This document shows, in pieces, positions 41,020 through 50,731 of a stretch of 64,000 nt of DNA (the stretch's first letter is position 1; each line of letters opens with the position of its first letter). The DNA is taken from positions 21,454,001 through 21,518,000 of the forward strand of contig OZ249436.1 in NCBI GenBank assembly GCA_965235115.1, given 5' to 3'. Position numbers and translations under genes: made by a program. Below the pieces are notes generated by a model. The model had not been told where the DNA came from and searched no databases. It was given only the letters and a program-made list of their open reading frames with translations. This DNA comes from Laetmonice hystrix (Eukaryota).

Positions 41020-42933
41020 AGCTAGAAATGTCAGCAAATTCGAATTTATCCCAAGAATTCGTCTGTCGATTTAGACCATTTAGACTTGTCTAGGTGCTGG
41101 GACAAGCCTAAGGGGCAGACCATTTAATAGCTGGGGGGAGGGTATGGTTTTTCCTTCTGACCAAACTTTTCTTTTTGCTTCCAACAAAAAACAAACATTT
41201 TTTTTCAGTAAAATATATGAAAACGACGACCCCGATGACATCTTTGTACCCTTTGAAACATTCGAGTAAGTTGTGCTGAACTGGTCTCTATTTTGGCTGG
41301 AGAGGCGGGGGGGGGGAGGAGAAGCGAAAACACAGAGAGGGGAAATATCTGAACACTTAATATAACATTTTAATGCGATAAACTCAATAAAAACACAAAT
41401 TTCCTCCGATATAACCGGTATATCTTAATAAATGAAAAAGATGTACTCTTTAACGGTACATTGTTAATGAGAAAGGCCAATGTTATTTACAAAGGCAAAA
41501 TGCAAAAACCACCGTTGACCAATTTTTGTTGTCTACAGTAAGTGCATCATGAAGGTAGGGTTTAAAGCACTTTGAAATAAATTTTATATTTTTTCAAAGT
41601 GCACTGAGGTGGTCCAACATTTAATGCATTCTGAAAACATTTTTCAAAGTGCGTAATTTTTTCAAAATGGGTTGAGATACAGACCTAGAGGTAGCATTTA
41701 CAAACCCCCACCTCTCCTCAGGTACGTTAGAGCAAGCAAGAGAACACTGGAGCAGAACGTGTTCACGGACCTCCTCCATGATGCCGAGGAACAGTCACTT
41801 GACATAATCACGGCCCTGCCTCTTTCTGTATATAAATTATGCTAGATCTAAACGGCCAAATGCCATGCTAGCATCGACAAGCATACACCAGATCCATTAA
41901 CTTGTGCTGCACTTGGGACGGATGATGAGTTTGAATATAACTCTGGGCAAAAATCTGAACACCAAATCGGCATCCCTCAATCACAGCGTGTAGCTAAAAG
42001 TTATATTATGCCTTGATAAAGAGTTACATCATGCCCCATTACATTATCAAAGCATAACGCACTCTTAGCAATTGGGTTATTTTCAGGTTATTTTCTTCTT
42101 GATTCAAATTTAGTAAGGTTCTGTATTTCATATTTAGACCCTATCACGTTCGAAGGACACAGATACTGGGCGAACCCATTACATTCCTAGTCACCATCAT
42201 CACACATGAAGTTGGATAATTCTATATACATTTATTATTATACCAAACGGTCCACACTCAAATTTTCACAACAAACCTTTTCAAGCTGATGGTCAATGCG
42301 GGATTATGGTATTCAACAGCAGAACAGTATTTTAACTACCACGAAGGCCGAGTTGTATTATATCATGTTCAAACTGCCAGCAGCATGTTAAGCACCACTA
42401 TATGTACATAGGCCTGGGAAGCAAATGAGTAATACGATTCAAATCCCACCAGGGAAGAAATGGAACAAGGAGAAATTGCAAAATATGGGAAGGATTCTCA
42501 AAGAACATAAACTATATCGTTTCTTTGAAACACCTTGAGTAAATATCGATGGCAACAAGAGACAAATTCAAGCCAAGGGCCTTATTTCTTGAAGTCAGGA
42601 TGAGCTGATAGAGATCTGTTGTCATTCTTCCGTTGTGCTAATTAATAGTCATCATGACAAGCTTACGCAGAAGTACATGCACCATCAAAACAACCATCAA
42701 TCTGTGTTTTTGTCAAAGCTTGGCTATTGCAATCAACCACTATACCTTTGCAGGAGAGCACAGCGAGACGCCCAACACACAAAAGCTGTGTTGGCATCAG
42801 CAAGATTCGTTGACTTGCTAAAACTAATGTAAAAAGTGTAGCAAACAAGAACAATTTTGAATTTTGCAGAAGCTAAAAAACTTCTAGCCCTATAAAATAT
42901 TATACCGTTATTCATTCATATCTAAACTTTTGC

Positions 42934-43046
42934 ATTATAGCTAGGGGAAGGGCTAATAAATATCATTATAGCAAAGGGAAAGGCTAATAAATGATGTCAT
43001 TATAGCAAGGGGAAGGGCCAAAAGGGGAAGGACTAATACATGATGT
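42934..43046. repeat. Degenerate ~31-34-bp minisatellite (3-4 copies)
   Basis: cattatagcWagggRaRggctaataaat repeated. Confidence 0.75.
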
Positions 43047-43741
43047 GCTGTCTCAATTTAGAACATAATCTAGGAGTATGGGGAAAAAACTAACTGCATC
43101 ACAGAATCGTTGGGAAGGGAATATGTACTCATTTTTGATTCTCTTTGTGTTTAAGTACAGAACCATTTTTCAAATATTTGATGATACAACTGCCTTCACG
43201 AAACATTATACCTGATTTGTAAAAGTTAGAGAAAGTTATGATGACCATGGAATGAACTGTGCACGTTCAATATGTACAACAGCAAAATATACAATTTGAA
43301 TTCTTCGCCCACTCAGGTTTATGTGGTAACTTAATTGATGTAATAATGAATGTCAAACGAATGTCGGTTGCAATCATTTTGAACTACCGTATGATATACC
43401 CTATCATGGAATAAATACTACGACTACCGAGTTGAATGTGCAGTCTTTCAATGTTCATCATATCTTTCTCAAATATGTGGCATTTGTGAAGAAGCTTGGA
43501 AAATAAAAATGTTAAAATTCTTTGGAACTAACTTGATAGGAGTAATCCTGGCAATATCTACAAAAGTAACATAACAAGTCTTCTTGCTTACTACCGGTAC
43601 ATCTCACTCACGGTCTGCGAGTACCGGTACACTTCTTGTGTCAAGAGCGACTTTTTCAGGATATGAGTTGTCACAGTCTATACACTCTCAGTACCCACTA
43701 CTGTGATACACTGCTGACAGGGAGACCTATATTACATTACA

Positions 43742-43846
43742 AGACAATTTACCAGACATTCCTGTCCTTTCAGCACCCGAGGTCTCAGAACAGTTTTAAG
43801 TACGTCTTTAACCTGTAACTGACATAATATTGTTAGGGCCAATGCC
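43742..43846 (-). pseudogene. Out-of-frame relic of the recombinase catalytic C-terminus
   Basis: Shifted frame after LRD reads GIGPNNIMSVTG*RRT*NCSETSGAERTGMSGKLS, resembling the Crypton tail G....IM..TGH....L..Y......R..MS..L. Confidence 0.7.
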
Positions 43847-46800
43847 TGTCTCTGAGAGATGTCGCAGTTGTTGCCCTAATACAATGGTTTGTGTAACGGT
43901 AGGACAACTGTGCTCTCTCCGAGATGCGAGGCATGAAATCAGATATAGTATTAACACCTAAAGGGTTCTTCCAGTACCAGATATTCCCTCCAAGGAACTT
44001 TGACGTCATTGGACGTTGTAAGAAAGCATCACTTTCTGGGTTAAGCCTAGATAAATAAAACTTTAAGGACCGAATTGGGCACCTTGCATCTCCTGTGGCA
44101 TACATGCGTTGGTCATGCTCATTCTCCCTCTTCTGGTTCTTGTCAAGGTTATTGAAGCACAGTGTGGCATACTCTTTACCTGAAGCATCGGTTTTAAAGA
44201 CAATATTGTCCTTCTTTAAATCTCTGAAACCGTGTCTGCCCATGCGTCCAAGGTGGTAGGATATTTCAAAGAAAACTTTACTCTGAAGGGATGTGGGGTC
44301 GCACCCTGACAGTACACCCGAGTTATACATTTTCTGCATATCGGAAGCAGTGATAGTGGGTTTGTGCCCTGAAGTTCTATCAATACCTTGCATTTTAAGG
44401 ATCCTTATTTTCCCAAAAATAACATCATTTGCTGCTTTAAACATACCACCAGATATTATGTCTATTTTGAGGTTGTGGGGAGGACCTGCAAGGTGCCTCT
44501 GGATGCACGCCCTTAAACACATCAAGGATGACCTTGAGTATTGTTCCGACTTCTTGTTACGGGCTTCACCATAAAAGCGGCGGAGAGTGTCAGCCAGAAT
44601 ATCTTCTGGGAGGTTCTCGAAGTCTGTTTGCAACTCGTTTTCAATGAGCCATTCTGAAATTAAAACATAAGGGGGAAAAAACAAATTAAAATCTTGCCTA
44701 AAATATTTTCAAGTGAAAGACAGGTGACTTACTTCCATGCATATATCAAGACAGAAACAAACCTCTCTCTCGAGTGCCTTGGCTTGATGTTTGACCAATA
44801 GAAGCTCAATATTTTGACAAACTCTCATGAAGGGGTGACTGTCATACCAGATTCTATGGAAGACTCTTGCCTTCCGAGTAAAGGTCAGGAATTTAAGAAT
44901 GGCTTCTGCAACTTTTATGGCTAGGCCTATCTTGGTTATTATTAACTTTAAATTGGTAACTCACCGCGTAATACTCCGATTCCCCAAGATGTTTGCTGGC
45001 GGGTCCGAGCCGATCTTGAGTTGCCATTTGTCTGCCCATTCGTCTGAAGTTTGTCCAGGTCCTCGGGGGCCATCTTCTCAAAGCGGGGCCTTGGAGTCTG
45101 CATTGAGTTTGGATCGACCAAGTCATCTGCATCTTCCCATGGTTCTTGGCTTACTGAAACATTGTCTTCCTCATCCCAAGGTGGTTGTGTGCAATGCACA
45201 GAAGGCGGGGTAGTTTCTATATTATCCTCATGCATCGGTTGATCCATCCGATGTGTCAACTGATGACAAAACTCCTCGGGTTTTCGCATATCTTGCTTCA
45301 CACGTCCAGTGTTCAATAAACACTCTGACAGGACACCTGAGTTATACACTTTCTGCACATTTGGATTACTGTTCGGTTTGTGCTCTGAGTATTTGTCCAA
45401 ACCTTGCATCTCTGGGTTTCTTGTCTGACCAAAAATAACATCATTTGCAGTTTTAAACATACCACCAGATATTATGTTAATTTTGAGGTTGTTGGGAGGA
45501 GCTGCAAGGTGCCTCTGGATGCACGCCCTTAAACATGTCAAGGATGACCTTGAGTATTGTTCTGACCTCTTGTTACGGGCTTCGCCATAAAAACGGCGGA
45601 GAGTGTCAGCCAGAACATCTTCCGTGAGGTTCTCGAAGTCTGTTTGCAACTCGTTTTCACTAAGCCATTCTGAAAATATCCAAAGAAAGAGATTAAAACT
45701 CTCCCTACTAACAGAAAAAACCCTATTAACAGGGGTGGTACGATATGGTTATGTCACGATACGATACATATGTTGCAATACTAGAGCCAGTCAATTTCCG
45801 CGATTGCGGAATCGCGGACGGAATTGCGGAATTTACTATTTGAAACGGAATTTACTATCTGAAACGGAATTTCCAGTGTAAAACGGAAAATAACGGAAAA
45901 CGCCTTTTTTACTACTGGTAATTCCTCAGCCGACCGTATACAGTGTAGCTGGGACCTGGGTTGGCCTGGCTGGACCCGCTAGAGGAGTGGGGTGGGAGGG
46001 TCATGAATATGCTCGAGCTTTTGTTAGAGCAAACAGAATGGACTCGCAAATGTGACAGGTGTGCAGATATGGTTGTGCATTTTTTGTGACACCTTGTATA
46101 CTGAGAAAATACTAAAACGAAAAAAAACCGGAATTTTAAAAGTTCAAAACGGAATTCCCTGTCAAGGATCACGGAATCTGACTGGGTCTACAATACATAC
46201 ATCACAATACAATATGTATCACAATAAATACTGCAAACTCCACTGCAGAGAAATCTCTCTGTAATAATCATCTCATCCATGGGCCCGTTTTACTAAAGGT
46301 CAATAATAACGACGACGATAATTTAACATAGAAGTGAATGGTTGCTAGTTCGTTATTTTCAACCTAGCAACCCATTCACTTCTATGTTAAATTTTCGACG
46401 TCATTATTTTCGACTGTTTAGTAAAACAGGCCCCAGAGTCCACCAAATCAAGTGACGATGAGCCTCAAGGCATGACATTTGACACTGGAACAGCTTACGA
46501 TCAATCGTTTGGATAGCCGTTGTAGCATTACTACCCTTCCAATCTGGCATAAAACTTGTTGGACTAAAGCTTTTTCTTTATATTTGAACAAAAAATCCTG
46601 GGCAACCATGTTTTGTTGTTGGACAACCAATTTTGAGCTTTGAGCAACCACATTTCTGAGGGATTTGACAGGCCTGTCATAATTTATAAGCCTTTCTCAG
46701 TGTTCTCCACAGGGTCGAGCCAAGGTCGGGCGGCCCCATGTGACGAGGGGCGAGAGGCGAGCGCCGAAGAAGCGCGAGGCTTTCGGTTTGGGGGGGGGTC

Positions 46801-48121
46801 TGGGGGTCCTCCTCCAGAAAATTTTGAAATGTAGAAGCCCGGAGATGCAATTTCCCGGCATCTGGGAGAGAAAATGACTGCGTAGGGGGACTGGGTTAGT
46901 CAGACGGCGAGTGTGACGTAGTTAGGCTGTGTCAAATCGTTATTTAACCAGCTCTAAGACTAAGGCCCAGTAAGAGTACATGATTCATTGCTTCTGGGAT
47001 AAGTGAGTTTAGATGATTGGAATGGATTTTAAGGTGGGCGGTCGGCCGCCAAGGTCGGGCGGTCGGCCGCCAAGGTCGGGCGGCCCACTGCGAAGGTCGG
47101 GCAGCCCGCCCGACCTTGGAGCCTTGTGGAGAACACTGTTTCTTTACAACAAAATTTTAATGTATTACTTAGTACTATTACCATGTTCTTCATTCTGGGT
47201 CATTTCAAGGGGTTATATATACGGGGTGTATGTTCATCTAGAATTGACATATAAAATGGAAGTCAGACGGCAGAATAAATGAATTAGTTTGACTTATTAC
47301 CGACACAAAACAATGTTTCGGTTAGGGTTAAGCCTGGCGTTAGTGTTAGTTTAGACCCAAAATTGTTGTTAATTAGGCACTTATTAGATAATCTGCTATT
47401 CTGCTGTCAGACACCAATAAGAATCCAGTATTGCTGTCACATGACCTATTCATACACCGGCAGAATAACCACTGCCTAAAAATTATAATGCCAATAACTC
47501 ACTGCGCAAAACTCCAATTCCCCAAGATGTTTGCTGATCGGTCCGAGCCGATTTTGTATTCCCATTTGTTTGAAGCTTGTCCAGGTCCTCGGGTGCCATC
47601 CTCTCAAACCGTGGTTTCCTAGTCTGTATTGGGTTGGCGTCGGCTGAACCATCCTCGTCTTCCCAGGGCTCTTCAGCATCCTGGCTTACTGAAACAGCGT
47701 CTTCGTCATCCCACGGCTGCTGTTTGCAATGTATGGAAGGCGGGGTAGTTTCTACGTTATTCTCGAAGTCATCCTCCCCTTTCCACGGTTCCTGGCTTAC
47801 TGAAAGGCTGTCTCCGTTGTACCAAGGCTGTTGGTTAGTTTCTACTTTAATATCCTTGAGGACCCTCGGTTGATCCAACCCCTGTGGACAGTGTGGTACC
47901 TGTGGACAGTGTGAGTGTGGTGCCTGGTCCGGCTTCGAGTCGGTGGATCTTCGCATGTTTCCATCGACAGCGGTGACAACACGTCCAGTGTTCAATAAAC
48001 ATACTCCATATTTATGAACACAAAATCCACGAAGTGTCATTGTCTGAACCACCCCAATGGTCCATTTTCCTTCCACAAGAACATCGACCAACTCGCCCAG
48101 ACGAAAGTAAGTCTGAGACAT
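43833..48121 (-). CDS. Crypton tyrosine-recombinase-derived protein (DUF3504-like; KCTD1/ZMYM/QRICH1/KIAA1958-type domain), 714 aa, predicted catalytically dead
   Basis: Exons 48121-47503, 45669-44965, 44653-43833 (gtgagt donors, tttcag acceptors, phase 1-1; 2145 nt open). Motifs LRRFYGEARNK..YSRSSL..LRACIQRHL, LQSKVFFEISYHLGRMGRH, DKNQ, CPIRSLKFYLSRLNP..DAFLQRP, WY...PLGVNTI..FMPRIS....LS..YTNHCIRAT. Confidence 0.85.
45782..46190. mobile_element. MITE, 6-bp TSD, nested in an older CGATAC-rich element
   Basis: TAGAGCCAGTCAATTTCCGCGAT / ATCACGGAATCTGACTGGGTCTA; CAATAC on both flanks; internal ACGGAAT repeats. Confidence 0.85.
46281..46434. mobile_element. Fold-back MITE (Harbinger-like)
   Basis: Almost fully palindromic: GGGCCCGTTTTACTAAA...AATTTAACATAGAAGTGAATGG / CCATTCACTTCTATGTTAAATT...TTTAGTAAAACAGGCCC. 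Confidence 0.8.
46698..47138. mobile_element. MITE, 5-bp TSD (hAT5-like)
   Basis: Perfect 14-bp TIR CAGTGTTCTCCACA / TGTGGAGAACACTG; TTTCT on both flanks; subterminal AGGTCGGGCGG repeats. Confidence 0.88.
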
Positions 48122-48225
48122 GTTGTTGTGGTTTCACACGTCCATTGCGGGCAAGCCATTCCCATAATGCATGTTACTTCCGGAAACAACCTGCCTCAGC
48201 AGTTTCGTTCTCCGGTCGTTCCCGC
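48122..48225 (-). promoter_or_regulatory. Compact promoter/5' UTR of the Crypton-derived gene
   Basis: CAACAACATG start context; ZNF143/Staf-like TTCCCATAATGC (48159-48170); ETS CCGGAAGT (48176-48183); CpG-rich. Confidence 0.5.
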
Positions 48226-48261
48226 CCGGTGTCACAGTCTGAAAGGACAGGTGTGTACAGG

Positions 48262-49410
48262 TGTGCCATGAAATATTGCAGTCATGAAATATTGCAGTAA
48301 TGCGTCAAAATGCGGCAATATTTCATGACTGCAATTGCCATTGGCTATGAAATATTGCAGTCATGAAATATTGCCTCATTGACATTGCGCTTTCGTACTG
48401 CAATATTTCATGACTGCAAGATTTCATAGGCGGCATTATTTCATAGCTATAGGCTGTGAAATATGGCAGTCCGTGGAATATTGCAGCATTTCATCACTGC
48501 AATATTTCATAGGCGGCATTATTCCATAGCTATAGCTATGAAATATTGCAGTCCGTAGAATATTGCAGCATCTCATGACTGCAATATTTCATAGCTATAG
48601 ATCTAGCTATGGCTATGGAATAATGCCGCCTATGAAATATTGCAGTCTTGAAAAAGCCTAGTAGGCTACTGCAATATTCCACGGACTGCAATATTTCATA
48701 GCTATAGCTATGGAATAATGCCGCCTATGAAATATTGCAGTCTTGAAAAACCTGGTAGGCTACTGCAATATTCCACGGACTGCAATATTTCATAGCTATA
48801 GCTATGGAATAATGCCGCCTATGAAATATTGCAGTCTTGAAAAAGCCTAGTAGGCTACTGCAATATTTCACGGACTGCAATATTTCATAGCTACAGCTAT
48901 GCAATAATGCCGCCTATGAAATATTGCAGTCTTGAAAAAGCCTAGTAGGCTACTGCAATATTCCACGGACTGCAATATTTCATAGCTATAGCTATGGAAT
49001 AATGCCGCCTATGAAATATTGCAGTCTTGAAAAACCTGGTAGGCTACTGCAATATTCCACGGACTGCAATATTTCATAGCCATAGCTATGGAATAATGCC
49101 GCCTATGAAATATTGCAGTCTTGAAAAAGCCTAGTAGACTACTGCAATATTCCACGGACTGCAATATTTCATAGCTACAGGCTATGACATATTGCTGCCT
49201 ATGAAATAATGCAGTGATGCAATACTGCAATATTTCATAGGCAGTAATATTTCATAGCCTGTACCTATGAAATATTGAAGGCTATGAAATATTGCAGTAT
49301 TGCGTCACTGCAATATTTCATAGGCAGCAATATTTCATAGCTACAGGCTATGAAATATTGCAGTGACGCAATGCTGCAATATTTCATAGGCAACAATATT
49401 TCATAGTACA
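48262..49410. mobile_element. Nested TGT...ACA element built from ATGAAATATTGCAG motifs
   Basis: cagg|TGTGCCATGAAATATTG ... CAATATTTCATAGTACA|ccgg; whole body made of direct and inverted copies of the motif. Confidence 0.7.
48590..49180. repeat. 94-95-bp tandem satellite, ~6 copies
   Basis: G(G/C)AATAATGCCGCC recurs at 48617, 48712, 48806, 48901, 48996, 49090. Confidence 0.95.
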
Positions 49411-50731
49411 CCGGCCAGTCCAGAAGGGCCGGTTGTGTCTAGACAGCACTAAGTTCAAAGGACGCGCATGCGAGCCATAACTCACTTCCCGCGTTAGCCG
49501 AAAGTGATGCTAGCGACCGCGGCGACCGTGCCAGACGTTCCGCTTGACACCGACAAGGGAAGACACACTCACCCAGGATAGGGTAGTGGTATCATTGTTG
49601 CCTTTCCTTGGCTTGCAAGTTAGAAATGTATAATTGTGAATGGTATATGTTAATAGGGGCCTATGTGAATATAGCTTTGGGTTCATTCTTGGTTTTATTG
49701 CTACAAAGCTAATAATATGTCACTTTAAGAAGTTTGTAATAGGGCCGATAAGTGTGTTTTAAACCACAGTTTTTTGTTGTCTGCTATAGAGTCTAGGCTC
49801 GATTCCAGATAGTCTACGCATATAAGGCCGATAATCGTAGGCCTATATGAAGAAGTTATACCTACATTTTAAGTTCATTTTCGTCCATTTTGTTTGTCGC
49901 AACCGGGACTTAGGAAGGACATATATTTTACTGATCCAGTGGTCATACATCAGGATTTCTCACCGGCGGGGGGGGGGGGGGGGCGGTCGACGATGTGGCG
50001 GACAAAGCTCCACTTTAGAAGCGCTGAAGGCGTGCATAAATATCGACCTAGGCCTATTACATTGTATAATACTTGTCCCATTTACGCGATAATGACAGAA
50101 TATTTCCCCATAATTTTATTACCGAAATGTCAAGGAAATGTCAAGGATTTAGGCCCTTGTCTCAAATTATTTCTACAGGATAAATATAGGCCCCTAGGCC
50201 TATATTGCACAGGTCAAATTTTGTTTATGTACTTATTATTTTTTCTACCATAGACTGTGTTTCGACTGAATAAAGATAATATTTCCAGTACAAGTTGCCA
50301 TGTATAGGCCCTATTTATCTCTGCCCACTAAAAGAAACCCACTCGATTGATGCATAACTTGCCGATGACAGACTAACTGTCATGGATTCTATAGGCTTAA
50401 TTTGCCCGGAACTTTCAGACCACCTAGCCGGCCCTTCTGGCACGTTACATGTAGTTTAATATTGTGTGTTTACTATTAATTCCACGGAATAAAGTTAGTA
50501 TTTCCAGCTCCCTTCTAGGCCTAGATCTATATGTGGCACGGTAATTTCATCCTACGCGGCCCTTGTGGCACGGTACTTTCAGACTGCCCGGCCCTTCTGG
50601 CACGTTACATACAACGTGCCAGAAGGGCTGGGTGTAGTGGCTTCATTCCGGCGCATGCGCACTTACCGGAACCGGCCCGTCTGGCACGCCGGCCGGTCCA
50701 GACCGCCACACCGGCACCAAATCCGATGGTC

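Larger units (their letters stand above)
48230..50710. mobile_element. Ginger1-like non-autonomous element or composite (TGT...ACA, CCGG flanks)
   Basis: ccgg|TGTCACAGTCTG ... CAGACCGCCACA|ccgg; degenerate inverted similarity continues (CCAGAAGGGCCGGTT..GCGCATGCG at 49420-49471 vs 50651-50690). TIRs imperfect. Confidence 0.5.

Noticed and set aside
43833..44684. Active tyrosine recombinase or intact Crypton transposon
   Set aside because: Box I Arg replaced by Met; His/Tyr tail lost; no element boundaries seen.
48270..49410. CRISPR-like look of regularly spaced palindromic repeats
   Set aside because: Intervening sequences are identical rather than unique spacers; no cas genes; eukaryotic context.
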